Shown: one piece after another, positions 12,104 to 26,268 of the stretch
Layout of the letters: every line of letters begins with the position of its first letter
How positions within the stretch are numbered: position 1 is the first letter of the stretch
Assembly: GCA_036785375.1 (NCBI GenBank)
Contig: JAWMAR010000028.1
Location: 11,966,001 to 12,030,000, forward strand
Source: Leucoraja ocellata
Lineage: Eukaryota
DNA: 64,000 bases
Direction of reading: 5' to 3'
The notes under the pieces: model-generated
The model's database searches: none
Told to the model about the DNA's origin: nothing
The model's input: only the letters and a program-made list of their open reading frames with translations
Translations under genes and position numbers: made by a program

Positions 12104-13143
12104 GTGTCCTTTAACCTGTATTAGTTTTGTGTATTTTGCCAACTGAAGTGTGTCCGTTCACACATTGGAGTAACTAGGGAACCACAGCCATCCCTGGTCA
12201 ATTGTAGCATCCACACAACTGGTGTCAGAATGCAGTGGTCTTTCCCTACCCTCTACATTGACAGCAACATCACAACAGAATACAAGCGAAGAAAATCCAC
12301 AAACCGCTTTCAACAGGAATGAAGCTACTTCGTAAAAAATTAACTGTGTGGAATGAAAATACCTATCCTCAAATGTTTTTAGTGGCTTACTGAAACCTAC
12401 AAAACAGCAATGTTAAAGAGCTACAGGCTGGTGGCATTTGAGGAGAATAAGATCTTTTGTTTGTAGACTGATTTTTCTTGTAAGGTACTTACTGATTTGG
12501 TCGAGGTAGGTTTTAATACAAAAGCAATATCCAGTCTTATCGAACAATGCCCATAAGTGGGACCAAAGTGGAATAACCACTTGGAATCAGAAAGATGTAG
12601 AGACTAAACAAATGTTTTAGGATGTATGCGGATGATATATACATACAACCTATTTTTTTTCCCAGTTTAGAAACAATAGATTTCATTTTTGCTCGGTCTT
12701 GTCTTGGAAGTGCAACATAACTGTGCTAACACTAGATGGCAATGAGATAGTAAAACTATTATTGCCACCAAACAGGATATTTCTGGCATATAGAACAGTT
12801 GAGATTTAACAAAGCAGAAGTACAATGGTATAATTAACCTCCCATTTATTCAAAAAAAAAATTGCCGAAACACCGAAGCACTTCAGTAAATCTCAGGTAA
12901 TTTGTGCATTTTAGGTCATGTCATTCGATTTTCAATTTCACAGAATACGCAAATGCATTTAATAGTCATAGTATACGCTTTAAAACGATTTGTCAGAAGC
13001 AATTATATGGTACCCTGTACAAATAAACAACATGCTTACAAAATAATGTCGTCTTTCTGTGACCTCCAGAGTAACTACATAATTTATATTTGTTAATTCA
13101 GACACTCAAATCTTAAGTTCATGAAAAATTGCACTCCTTAAAA

Positions 13144-13146
<3 letters not shown>

Positions 13147-13199
<53 letters not shown>
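13147..13199. repeat. (TA)n microsatellite, about 26 units
   Basis: Seen directly in the sequence. Confidence 0.95.
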
Positions 13200-13201
<2 letters not shown>

Positions 13202-14582
13202 CATCATGTCTTGGCTTAATACAATAAAGTACAACTTTACTCTGAGTACATGAAAAAGGATGAAGTGTTTTTATATTGACAAGTACCGACTCGTCAGCTA
13301 ACATTCTTATCCCTGCACCCACCACTGGATTTTGCTGGATACAAGCAGGCTTCATTTCTTGAATCAGCAATCCTTAAAGAACAAACTGTGGGATCATGCT
13401 GATTTAGCAAAATCAAAAAAACTCAAACTGTTTTAACCTCACTAGGAGCATTACTTTGTACCTGGACACTTCCTAATTAAAATGAAGCTGTTTTTTCGTT
13501 CTCAATGATATACAGTCTTGAATTTTAAAGTTTTAGGTGCAAAAATGATCCAGAGTAGTCATTTTAATGATGCATTTCTACACATCACAGCAAACCATGT
13601 GGTTAAACTTAGTCCGAAACCATGTTATCAACGATTCTACATATTTTTTTTCTCATTAGGAAAGATTGAGAGAAGAATGCTCTCGATTTATAGATCAATA
13701 ATTTGTGTACATTGACTTACTTACTGCAAGTAGGAAATTATTTTTTTGGACATATGACAATAAAACACTATTGACTTGCAAGAAATGGGTTCTACTCCAT
13801 GAAGACTCCCACAGAAAAAGGGGCAACACAAAACATATCAGAATTGGAAAGAAAATCATCTCTCCTCATCATGGCGGTACATAATCATACGCCAAATATT
13901 ACAAGTGAAATATTTAAAAGATTCACACAAATCAACTGTGATACAAACCTGCAGGCCAGCTTTTTAGATCTCATTAACTAAATTCCATTACAAATTTTTG
14001 ACAAGACTACTGAGATTGTTTCTTGTATCAATTAAAAAAATCCCTGCAAAAAGAATCATCTTGTTAATATTAGCAGTATATTATCAGAATAACGATGGCA
14101 GCTTTTAAATTGAAAAGTCCATGATAATAAAATGCATGAATTGGTAATAAAATCTAGTCAAGCCTTTCAAAGTGACTAATAGTTACTGTATTGGACGGAA
14201 AATTATCTATTAGTATCTATAACAGGACTCAATGTAAACACCCATCTTGTATTAATAGCCATGCCACTTATTCTAGCCTCTTAATAAGCCATATTTATAT
14301 GATCAACAATTACAATCAGATTACGAGTTAGCAGGTATTTCTTGCAACTCACATTAAGCTGGGTTTTGGAACTATGTTCAGGCTAAATTCAGCAATTTAA
14401 AGACAGGATGAACATTATTATGGAAGTGGGGAAATATCATCTGGCATTAATATCATTCCAGGTACAAGAGGGGAGGGATCGTGCACAGAAATACTCACTT
14501 TACGAAAAATCTACTGCATTGCTGTTAAATTATATCAAAGATGTCAATTTATTTCAAGAGTGGTTGTAATTAAATTACAATA

Positions 14583-15020
14583 GAGTCATACAGCCGTTCA
14601 GCCGAACTTGTCCATGCTGATCAAGATGATCCATGCTGACCAGTCATAGAGCACAGAAAGAGACTCCTCGGCCCAACTTGCCCAGGCCGACATGATGCCT
14701 CATCCACTTTTGTCTCATTTGCCCATAGCACTCCAAACCTTTCCTATCTATTTATTTGTCCAAGTATCTTTTAAATGTTGTTATAGTGCCTGCCTCAACT
14801 ACCTCGTCTGGCTGCTCATTCCATCTACCCACCACCGTCTGAATCTAAAAGCTGGCCATCAGGTTGTTATTAAATCTTTCCCCTCTCACCTTGAACCTGT
14901 GCCCTCTGGTTCCTGACTCCAATACCCTGTGGGAAAAAGACTGTGCATTCACCCTATCCATTCCCCACGTGATTTCATACATCTTTACAAGATCCCCCTT
15001 TAGTCTCCCACACTCCAACC
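14583..15020 (-). mobile_element. CR1 3' fragment
   Basis: LECGRLKGDLVKMYEI.GMDRV...TRGHRFKV. Confidence 0.75.
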
Positions 15021-16431
15021 AGAGCATTTCCCAGAAAATAAACTAATATAGGCCAATTATCTGTAAATTTATTATGGACAGGCAGCATAATCATTTCCAT
15101 TTAGAAAAGCAAAATCCACCCTCAAATCTAACTTGTGGATTTGTAACAAAGTGATACCATTTCCAGTTGACAGATTATACAAGCTCTTTAGCAAAGGATG
15201 TATTTTTCTTGTTAATGTATTGGAAGGCCATAACAATTTCTGCAGTGGAATCTTTAATGGCATATTCTTTATCAACATGCATTTAACGTCAATCAGGTAC
15301 AAGCACTTTAACATTCCTGTAAAACATAAGGCACATTATAACATACTCTGGTTTGCCCTACAAAAATTCTTGCCCAATATTCAAATCTAGAAACAATTTG
15401 AACCTGGCTCTATTAACAATATCATTCATATTGAAAAATAGAACAGACTCAATTTAAAATGTCTTTTTTCCCCAAAAGCAGCATATAATTTGCAAAAATT
15501 ACATTTGTAAATCCAAACAATAACTCGCACAAGAAGTCCACATCAGCACAGTATTTTAGCAAAGAATTTTCAAGGTGGATGTTTTATGATAAACTGTGTC
15601 GATTAAATTGGTACCTAAACTACAGAGGAAGAAGAATTTCATCTATTTTTAAAATCGAACTCAGTACCATGTTCTACTGTTTGCATATCATCTCATACTA
15701 TCCATCACAAAAGCTTCCTTTTGGCTGGAAATGTTCAACAAAAACTAAATTATTTTGCTTCAAAACATGTAAAATGTCTTAGGAAAAAAAAAGAATTAAC
15801 CTGTTGTAAACTAGTCATTTGTTCCAATCAATACCTGACTCTTCAAATTAATCACAATATCATTTATTAATCAGAGAACTTACTTTTTTTGTCCAAAATC
15901 TGGAAAATAAATTACAACCAATTTTAAAATGGGGCTGAAATCCCAAGTTAATTTATTCCTTACTACTCATTAGTCATGTTCGATGGCACTTATGGATGGC
16001 CATTAATTGTAATTTAAATCAGTATATATATATTAAACCACACTCCACATATAGTAACACCGTTATAAGCAAAATAATCTGAAAATACTGAAGAAAATGT
16101 GTAGTAGATATTTAAGTTCTCAAGGGACATTTTTTCTTTCTTATCCTCTCAAATTCTCCAATGTTTTTTTTTTGCCTTGTGTCCTAAAAGAGGCAAATGT
16201 GGCATAACGTTCCATTCAATTTAGGCTAAGCAGCTAACTTTTATCAGCGAGTTCAGACCGTATCTTCGGCTGGGATTATTACAATTGTGGACATGGATAG
16301 CAATCTAGATCGGAACTCTCAAGTTATTTTCTCTTCCCAATTCGAAGAAACCACGGACAGTTGTATCATCCCCGTAATTTAACTTAACTGCGATTATTTG
16401 GTCGGCACAATTAAGCATCATACCTTATAAG

Positions 16432-16629
16432 AAGGAGAAACAAAGAACTGCAGATGCTGGTTAATACACATAAAGACACAATGTGCTGGAGTAACTCAGC
16501 AAGTCAGGCAGCAGCTCTGGAGAATGCACATTGGTGACATTTCTGGTCAACCTGAAACTTTGCCTATCCATGTTCTCCAGAGATGTTGCCTGACCCACTG
16601 TGTTACTGCAGCACTGTGTATCCTTCTGT
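16432..16629. mobile_element. Palindromic Penelope-terminus element with 12-bp TSD
   Basis: Inverted arms. ataccttataag at 16420-16431 and 16630-16641. Confidence 0.8.
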
Positions 16630-17960
16630 ATACCTTATAAGGTTTGTGTAATGAATTTCCAAGAAAGCCTTGCTAACTGACAGATGTCACTCTTTAGCTA
16701 TAAGATGTTCTGCATTCTCAAAATAAATCGTTCAGTTTTTGTCTATGACACTGTTCCCGTTCTTCATCGATTGTCCCATTCAATGATATTTTTCACATTC
16801 ACTTGGTACCATATTAATAAATTAATTTATTACAATGTCTAACCCTGTAGGATTTATCCAAGTATAAATTAAGGTAGATATTTAAAATTCAAATGATTGG
16901 GGCGCAGCGAAACTAAAAACCTTTTTAAAAATGTGTAAATACAGAAAAATAATATGATGGTAGACCACTGATTGCAAGAGGAAAGTTGAATTCCCCCTTC
17001 TCAGTTACAAATTTCAACTGGATTTCTCCGAGAAGAACAAAAAGGGATAATATCATTGCCCAGCCATTCTTGTACACCTAATGGCAAAATGGTATTGAGC
17101 TTCAGTGGTCGAGTGTTATAAGCAGGTCTTGTATACAGGATCTGGCAAATCAGGAGGAGACAAAATAGGCTCAATCACAACTTAAAACAAAAGTGGCCAA
17201 ACTTCAAGGTATCAATTTATACGATTTTCTGCAAACCTCGGATAGCTGTAACTGAACAATATTTGTTCTTATTGGTAATTTAACATCAATGGGCAATTCG
17301 CATTACTGTATCAATCTGCAGGTTTTCTTTAATAAAACTAAAAAAACGAAGGCACCTTTTAGAAACCATAAATGTCAATGAACATTTAATAGTGTTTTGG
17401 TTAGCATTTATGTGACTTACATGGAACATTGAAGCAATTGAGAATTTGGTCCATACAAACCAAATGTTGATTTGCATAACATACCAAAACTTGCTGCAAA
17501 TTCATACAATGCCACCGTGTATCTAAGGGTCAACAGAAAATATCGCAAGGGCTGCAGCATGTGGTAAATGCTATAAATAAGAGCAGGGGTTTATCTAACA
17601 AGGCACAATAAAGCCTGGTCCACAGGCCTACAGAAAACAGGTTTGCTTGTAATTGTAAAATAAATCTGTAGGCACACCAATTTTATTTTCAAAATATCAA
17701 GTGCGGAAATGGAAACAGTGTACAAATTAAAACACTGAAGCCACTGAGAGGATGTAATCATTAAAATAAATGCAGTTCAGCAAACAGAACCGTGTCATTA
17801 AGAATTCATATGGATCTGTATAACTTTCATTCCACTGAACTACTGAATTCTGTACAACCATCCTTAGACGTAGAATAATAGACTAACGATAGAATACAGA
17901 AACAGTGAAATGGTATGTTCATATCTTGTGCTTTTCCATCTTCACAATGCATAATTTGCT

Positions 17961-18071
17961 TTAGCTTCCTGAAGAAAGTGCATGCATACGCTTTGCAACC
18001 TCATAAACATAGGCAATATCTGGTCTCTTCTCTGGATCCGGGTTAATGCAGATATTTACTAATTGGCGAAG
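17961..18071 (-). CDS. NEK7: NEK7 last coding exon ([36 protein letters not shown])
   Basis: 36 codons plus TAA (17963-17961), acceptor ttctag. Same length and motif as the human NEK7 C-terminus [18 protein letters not shown]...AKRMH. Confidence 0.96.
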   Translation of the reverse strand, partial: LRQLVNICINPDPEKRPDIAYVYEVAKRMHALSSGS

Positions 18072-21000
18072 CTAGAAAATAAAACAGTTCATTAAGTAAA
18101 TGGGAAAAGAACCATTCTAAAGAACAAAGATTATAAAATGGCTTAGTAATGTAATGTGTATTCTTAGGGCAGAGGTTCATTTCCTCAGTCTGAAAGAAAC
18201 ATAAATCACAGTGAACAATATAGTGAGTGCGCTATGATGTCTTTTCAAGAGTGAAATGCAGTTCCCAATCAAAAACTACTCAAATGTATTACATGTTTAT
18301 GGTTAACGGACCCATCTGGAAAAGGTAAACTAAATCAGAGAGAGAGAGAGAGAGATAGCAAACTTGATTAACCTTGTTTCGTGATACCCAGTGATGCTTT
18401 ATCATCAGACAGGTATTTACACTTATAATAATTGAACTTGTGCCATTTAACATTACGTAACGTTTGACAGAGTGACGAGCGCTATTCTCCAACTGTGACT
18501 CAAAATTCCAACGTGTTTAATTGCACACAAATGAAAAGCAAGTCAGTGGAGAGAGCAAAAAATAACTATAATTTAATCCATGGCCGTCACAGTCTACTTT
18601 TTTATTGGATTTGCATTTATTTTTTAAATAATTTTGTGCCACCTCAATTTCAAGACTATTCTTACCCTAGAATTTAACAGAATGTCTGGATGCTAAAGAA
18701 CGGGGTAGAAGACGACAAAGTGGAAGTTAGATTTTACTGAACAGCAGAATCTGCTCACTGAATCACATTGCCTAGTCCTGCTCATTTTCTTTACGTCCTC
18801 ATTTCCTCCAGTAGCACCTGTGGTTGTATTTAATTGTTATATTTTTTACCGTGCAGAGACTGAACGATTCAACTCTACTGTCACATATTTAGGCAATATA
18901 GGAGAGGATGATCTCCAGTGTCACTCATTGTGGAACATGGCGCAGAGGGGAAAAGTAGAAGCTGGGAATTTGCACAGGAGACTTAAAGTATTACCTAGTT
19001 TGACTTATAATTGTGCTTTGTATCTTGAATTGTAACTCAAGTCAAAATAGTCGGTATGTTCTTCAAGTATGGTTGCTGCTCTCAAGTTGTATTAATGACT
19101 GGCATGTCATATTACCAGCAATACATTAACATTACTTCATAGTTCTTCAAATTGCTTGGAATAATCTCATGCATTTTGAAAGGAATTCCTGATCACTAGA
19201 AACTACCGCTATAAGGTTTTAACTTCCAGATGACGGGTTTCAATTCTACAGATTGCTGCAGAGAAATCATCGGATCATTTGAATCTTCACTTCCCCTGTT
19301 CTGGGGTAATGGACCTAGGGATTTCCTGAATTCCTCGGAGAAATATTGAACTTAAAAATGTACAACTCTAAAAGCTGAGCTGCGATGTGCTGATTAGCAC
19401 TGTTTGGAGCCACACACAAATAAAATCATGCTTAAATGGACACAGTCTATACCATTAGGATTTTTAATAAAAATACTGCCAAATGTCAAATTAGAAAATA
19501 TTTAAGACTTTTTGTGCAAACCAAAACATCTGGATAAATGTAATCGTCGAGTTAATTATGAAGATTGAATTGAAATTCTTGAGCGACAAATGCTTGTTTG
19601 CACTAGACAATATAAAATTTTGTCCCTCATTAAGAGAAAACTATTGTTGGCATTGCGCTACAACTTCATGCTGTGAGGAAATACTGATACCCAACGTCAC
19701 TGTGAAACAGTTAGTGATTCTACAACTGAGTTATAAGCACAGTCCCTTGTGGAAATAAGAAACATATTTTACTGGGAGACATTATGTATCGTGTTTATAT
19801 TTGCCTTCTTATTTTTTTATAAATTACATTGGTGTTTTTTTTAGTTAATCCAAAATTAACTACCCATGTAACTACAGTTCAAATATTATTTTTGTTTCAC
19901 TTTCTGATGAGTTCCAGAGACAAAATCATATGTGAAGAAATCAGCAGCTTAATTATATTGAGCAGCATCAGATGGCTCAAAGAAATGCACACAATGTAAG
20001 GATTTGATTCAAAAGTATTAGATTCATGTATTTTTCAGTTATCTGCACTGATAAAGCAAAGGCCAATAAAATTGCTATAGGTGCATTAATTATCCCTTGT
20101 AATGGCATAATTTACATTTATGCTTCGACTCACATTTCATAGCAGAGCCCTTCAAGTGTAGGATACAGAAACATAATTCATCAATTGTAAAATGTTGTAT
20201 ACCTTATATGGCAAACAAAAATTACTATAACCAAAATTGCTTTACGTTTAAAGACTGTCTAAATAGTTTGAAAGAGGTTCAAATGTCAAAAATTCCAGTC
20301 TTACCATCCCTAGCAGACTAAAATGAAACAAGCTGATTACAGAAAAAAAGAGCTGCTTGTATTTTTTTTTTGTAAGTATTTGCACATTTTCATAAAATAA
20401 TGAGTAAGCGTGGTTGGCAGTAACTATACACAATAACTCCATATTTGGAAGCTAAACAAAGTAAATCTTTCTCTCATGCCTTTAGAAAAAAGCAGCAAAT
20501 GCCAAGAATACTAACAAAAACAAAGCCAATCTATTTCCACAGACATTCACATTGTGTCAGGCTGGAAGGAAAGACATGCTCCTGTTTTGTGCTAATTATC
20601 TCTCTGCACTGGCACTGCTGAAGGCAGGGGAGGAATGGATCGGATTCAGCCTTTGCCAGCTCTGGGACCTTCCATCTGGGCCGGTCCCTGATAATTGCCC
20701 CTTGGCTGCGAACACACAACCCCCACTTCACACTTAGCCACAATAAGAGGCTGAGCAGAGTAGCCCTGCAGGCAGGCCGACTTCAACCAACCACTAGTGG
20801 CACCATCATTAAATCCTGCCGAAGGTCGCCATAGCAACCGCCTGCTGAGGCTGCTCCACCACACTCAACATCTCCTAATCAGCTACCACGTGAAATGCAA
20901 ATTCAGACAGTCTGAAAATTAGTCAAGAAGAATGGGGATGAAGATGCAGATACGTGAAATATTCATGTGCATCATAGCAAAAGCAGACAGTCTGAATGAC

Positions 21001-21967
21001 ACAATAAAGAACAACCTATGACATTTTTGCCATCTCCTACGTTATTGTTTACACCTAGCTTTACCATCTAGACCACAGACACTGACACACAAGGTATACA
21101 CATTGCTGGAAACGCAAAGAATTTGAAGGGATTTTTGAACAATTAGAAAACAAAATAAAAGAAAATAAGTTACTCCAAATATATTTTAATTCAAGACAGA
21201 TGTTAAAAACAAAAACAAAATTTTGCACTAAGGATTTCCCCCAACTGCCCACCAAATATACACTCCTACACTGATGCCAACACTATTAGTTCCTCATTAA
21301 CCCTAAACCTTTAAGACTACTTTGCAAGCACTGTCATCCTGCAATTACATAAGATTTTTTTTTTTTTAAACACATATTTAGATATATTCCTATATGTGGT
21401 AAAGCAATGTGATGTTAATATTTGAGATAAGACATGTGGTGTTCTGCATCAGTTTGCAAGAAGATTTTCCTTTTAATTTTATATAAAGTGCCTGTCAGAG
21501 AGAATAAGCAAGTTCCATTGCTCTTGAATTAAGCATTAAAGTAGCATTCTTCAATGTTCCCTGTCTCACCCTCTTTTCCAGCCGGCCAGCAGAAGATCCG
21601 CTCAGATGACGGGGGTGAAGCTACAATTATAAGTCAGACTGAAATCAGTCAGCCTCACTGCAAGGATTTGTGGCATGAAGAACCTTCAGCAGATATGGCA
21701 CCAAAAAAAAAAATGAAGATATTGATTCACCTCCCAATTTTTAACCTAGACAATAGAAAACAACTGTGCTACTGGTATATTTGTGGTGATTTACACACCC
21801 CCCCCCCCTCCACTCCAACCCACAATTAAAAGCAAAATAAAGTTAGGTGCAACAAAAGCAGAATTCTTCCAATGGTGGAGCCAATACTCCAACGTTATTT
21901 TCTCATCACAATTCTTGTGTTTTTCAAGCCAAAAGCTTGTCAATAGTTAGCACAAATAAGAACCCAC

Positions 21968-22081
21968 CTCTTCTGAGTAATGGTCAGAAGGAAGAGGAGG
22001 ATAATCACACTGTTCGATCTTTTTACAGAGAGAATATAGGTTCATCTTATCACCGTAGAATGGACTTTGGAGAGCAGCCAT
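21968..22081 (-). CDS. NEK7: NEK7 coding exon ([38 protein letters not shown]), 114 bp
   Basis: Visible within ORF 21947..22147. PSDHYSEE is the NEK7 version (NEK6 has PGEHYSEK). Acceptor ccccag, donor gtgggt, phase 0 to 0. Confidence 0.97.
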
Positions 22082-22299
22082 CTGGGGAAAAATAAGGGAG
22101 AAGTCATGCAAAAGATTAATGAGAAATAAATTAAAATACACAAGCATATTGTGTTTAAATGGGATTTTGTTTTACTACTGTAAAACATTGCGACATGTCC
22201 TTTAATCACTTCCTCTTAAATATACATTGCTACATTTGCTTTTATTTCAAATAATCTCATTTGACTTACCATATCGGTGAGACTGCTCTTGGGTTCAGT

Positions 22300-22830
22300 T
22301 TGTCAGGAAAGGCAATATTAAGCTGGAAAGACGTTGAGAAGATGTGCGAGGTTGTGTTCAAGAAGGAACTGCAGATGCTGGAAAATTGAAGGTACACAAA
22401 AATGCTGTAGAAACTCAGCGGGTGCAACAGCATCTTCCTTCGCTCCATAGATGCTGCTGCACCTGCTGAGTTTCTCCAGCATTTTTGTGTACCTGTGCGA
22501 GGTTGTTGTCAGGATTTGGGGACAGAGGTTGGGCAGGCTAGGACTATATTCTTTGGAGCGCAGGAGGATGAGGGGTGATCTTATAGTCGAATAGATAGGG
22601 TCTTTTACCCAGAGTAGGGGAAATCAAGAAGAGAACAGGTTTAAAGTTAGAGGGGAAGGATTTAATAGAAACCTGACAGCAGCTGTGCCCACACAAGGGG
22701 TGGTGGGCATACGGAACACACTACCAGAGGAGGTGGTTGAGGCTGGTACCATAACAACGTTTAAAACATTTGGATTAGATGGACATCTTGGTCGGCATGG
22801 ATAAGTAGGATCCGTATGACTCACTGACTG
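22300..22830 (+). mobile_element. Degenerate CR1 3' fragment
   Basis: attaagctggaaag...ctttggagcgcaggaggatgaggggtgatcttatag...ccagaggaggtggttgaggc. Confidence 0.65.
22356..22493. mobile_element. Palindromic Penelope-terminus element with 13-bp TSD, nested in a CR1 fragment
   Basis: tgtgcgaggttgt at 22343-22355 and 22494-22506. Arms aaactcagcgggtgcaacagcatc and gatgctgctgcacctgctgagttt. Confidence 0.8.
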
Positions 22831-24389
22831 GGACGTGTTCCACAAAAACAATGATGAATCCAATTCAAAATCCATATATTATTGAACATTTCACCGATTT
22901 AACCTCTGGCGTCTGCTTATAAATAGATATTTGTGATGAACACCAAGGACAATAAAACAGGGATCTATCTATATTTTTCATTTAGAGAATTCTAACCCTT
23001 TGAAAAATATTAAGCTCTGCACAACGTTGTATCACTTTGACAATTTGCACTTGGACAAATATACAAACTTTACAATAGTAACCAAACAACTGAAGGAAGA
23101 AACATAAAGCCCGATATCAGCTGTGTCACCTCATGGTCAAGTGTTTGTAACCCTCCATTATAAAGCTCCGTATCATTTAGGTATACGCTGAAGTGACAAG
23201 AGTTAGTTAAGACATCATTTATGATGTTAAAAAGTTCCCATATTACCTTCCAGAGTTGTGGAATAGCAGGCCAGATTAGTAATGAATTTAGTGATATTTT
23301 GACATTTTGAATCCATTCACGTTTTCGGCACCAGCACGGATATAGTACACTTGTTCAACAAATTGAAGACTTGTTGTTCAACTGTAGCCATTAAAACAAA
23401 TACCGCTGTGTGGCAATTATATTTCTCACTCGGGGTAGCTCTCTCTTCAGATCCCAGTGAGGTGCTGAGGTCTGGATAACCCCAAAACCTGTCATTTAAT
23501 GCTCCAGTTCATACTTGTGTGTGTACATGCATCACATTTATACAAAACACATTTCTCTGAACTGGCTTTATACTTGCCAGTCTGGGTGTCTGGGCTGAAT
23601 ATAACTAGCTTCCAGGATCCCCACTGACTATTCTCCCAGCTTCAGAAAGCTTTGCCAGGATTTATTCTTTCCTTTATCTAATGCAAACCAGATTGGGGAA
23701 GGAACCAAAATCTTCTTTGATTAAAGTAAAGATGTAAAACAAAATGTAGAATGGCTAATTTATGAAAAAAGGAAAAGCAGCAACTTAACTCTTATTTATA
23801 GCTGTTGGAGAAGTAGAAAAGGTTGTAAAACCAGACTTTATAGCAACAAATATTTAACAACAACCATTATACCACAACCCTCCACTTTAAATTATGAACC
23901 TAAATTACTTAAATGTTAGGCATTCTTTAAGGAATAAAAATATAGGTTCAACAACTGACTAATCCAAATAACACAGCAGCTGGAAGTAACACTTTTACCA
24001 CTGCATTTTTGCAATTATTTAAGTATTATAAATCATAGTACAGAAAAAAAAATAATCTAGTTTTTATTCCGCACATATGCTGATAATATTCCATAGTAAA
24101 TAAAACTATGTTGAGCTACATTTCATTGAGTTGGGCATGTATGAATTACACTGAGAATTCCTATTATGCCCTACAATGCCATGTATGACACCAGAGTTAT
24201 GCTCTCCATTAACAAGAGTCGTAAATCTAGGAATTTTGAATAATAAATCTTCCAATTAAACTTGAATAATACCTGCAAGATCGGAAGTGCAAGGTTTTAG
24301 GTTAACTTGCCAAACATCAATGAAAATTTAGTTTCTCAGCTTTGCCTTCTTCTTTGGCCCCTCAGTCTGAAGAAAAGGGGGGGGGGGGG

Positions 24390-24692
24390 GGCACAGTGGC
24401 GCAGTGGAGGAGTTGCTGCCCTGCAGCTCCAGAGACCCGGGTGTTTGATCCTGACTACGGGTGCTGTCTGTAAGGAGTTTATACGTTCTCCCTGTGACCT
24501 GCGTGGGTTTTCTCCAGGTGCTCCGATTTCCTCCCACACTCCGTACAGGTTTGGAGGTTAATTGGCTTGGTAAAATTATTAAATTGTCCCTGGTTTGTGT
24601 AAAATAGTGGTAGTGTGTGGGAATCGCTGGTCGGCGTGGACACGGTTAGCTGAAGGGCCTGTTCCTGCACTATATCTCTAAAACTAAAACAT
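24390..24692 (+). mobile_element. HE1-type V-SINE
   Basis: Same head, V-domain and tail as 30324. Confidence 0.85.
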
Positions 24693-24929
24693 TAAACATA
24701 TAGATCCCTGAATTTTTTACTCAATTAGTGGAGTGCAAAAAACTGGTGCCACACATAACATCACATTGTAGGGCATAATAGAAATATACCTTGCAAATTG
24801 AGTTGGGAATAGCCCAATGCAGTTCGTCTGAAATAGTTTCCCAGCTGTGGTGCGTCACAGGGTATCGGCAATACCCAAAGTATAACAGGGCATATGGTCT
24901 GTGTGCTGCAGTAAGTTAACAGCATTATA

Positions 24930-26268
24930 CAGTGCCCTCCATAATGTTTGGGACAACGACCCATCATTTATCTATTTGCCTCTGTACTCCACAATTTGAG
25001 ATTTGTAATAGAAAAAAAAAAAATCACATGTCGTTAAAGTGCACATTGTCAGATTTTATGACAGGCCATTTTTATACATTTTGGTTTCACCATGCAGAAA
25101 TCACAGTCTTTCCATCACCTTTGCTGTTCTTTAATTGCTGTTCATCTACATGGGGACTGAAGTTGTGCCAATGAAAGTCAAGTAAGTCATTATGAGACTG
25201 AGAAACAAGAATAAAACTGTTAGAGACATCAGCCAAATCTTAGGCTTACCAAAATTAACTGTTTGGAACATCATTAAGAAGAAAGAGAGCACCGGTGAGC
25301 TTACTAATTGTAAAGGGACTGGCAGGCCAAGGAAGACCTCCACAGCTGATGACAGAACAAATCTCTCTATAATAAAGAAAAATCCCCAAACACCTGTCCG
25401 ACAGATCAGAAACACTCTTCAGGAATCAGTATGGATTTGTCAATGACGACTGTCTGCGGAAGACTTCATGAACAGAAATACAGAGGATACACTACAAGAT
25501 GCAAACCACTGGTTAGCCACTAAAATAGGATGGCCAGGTTAGTTTGCCAAAAAGTACTTAAGAGAACAACCACAGTTCTGGAAAAGGTCTTGTGGACAGA
25601 TGAGACGAAGATGGTAAGAACAAAGTATGGAGGAGAGAAGGAACTGCCCGAGATCCAAAGCATACCACCTCATCTGTGAAACACAGTGGTGGGGGTGTTA
25701 TGGCCTGGGCATGTATGGGTGCAGAAGGTACTGGCTCACTTATCTTCATTGATGATACAACTGCTGATGGTAGCAGCATAATGAATTCTGAAGTGTATAG
25801 TCAATCACCCAATCTGAACCCAATTGAGCATGACTTTTATATGCTGAAGAGACAACTGAAGGGGACTAGCCCCCAAAACAAGCATAAGCTAAAGATGGCT
25901 GCAATACAGGCTTGGTAGAGCATCACCAGAGAAGACACCCAACAACTGGTGATGTCCATGAATCGCAGACCAAGCAGTCATTGCATTCAAAGTATATGCA
26001 ACAAAATACTAAATATGACTACTGTCATTTGCATGACATTGATGTGTCCCAAACATAATGGTGCCCTGAAATGGAGGGGGGGGGGGGGGGGGGGACTATG
26101 CATAAACACTGCTATAATGTCTACATGGTGAAAAATGGCCAGTTATTAAAATCTGACAATGTGCACTTTAACCACATGCGATTTTTTCTACTACAAATCT
26201 CAAATTGTGCATACCTAGGCAAATAAATAAATGTTGGGTCTTTGTCGCAAACATTATAGTGGGCACTG
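24930..26268 (+). mobile_element. Tc1 DNA transposon, internally deleted, TA TSD
   Basis: TA|cagtgccctccataatgtttgggaca ... cattatagtgggcactg|TA. Transposase fragments with GRPRKT, WTDET, KHSGGGVMAW and SPNLNPIEH, disrupted by frameshifts and stops. Confidence 0.93.

Larger units (their letters stand above)
12830..17960 (-). other. NEK7: Putative NEK7 3'UTR (extent uncertain)
   Basis: Directly follows the stop codon. AT-rich and TE-poor, with minus-strand AATAAA candidates (plus-strand tttatt) near 17682, 16826, 15953, 15863, 14548 and 12845. Confidence 0.4.

Noticed and set aside
1-12800. Expected syntenic neighbour ATP6V1G3 or another coding gene
   Set aside because: No matching exons recognised on either strand.
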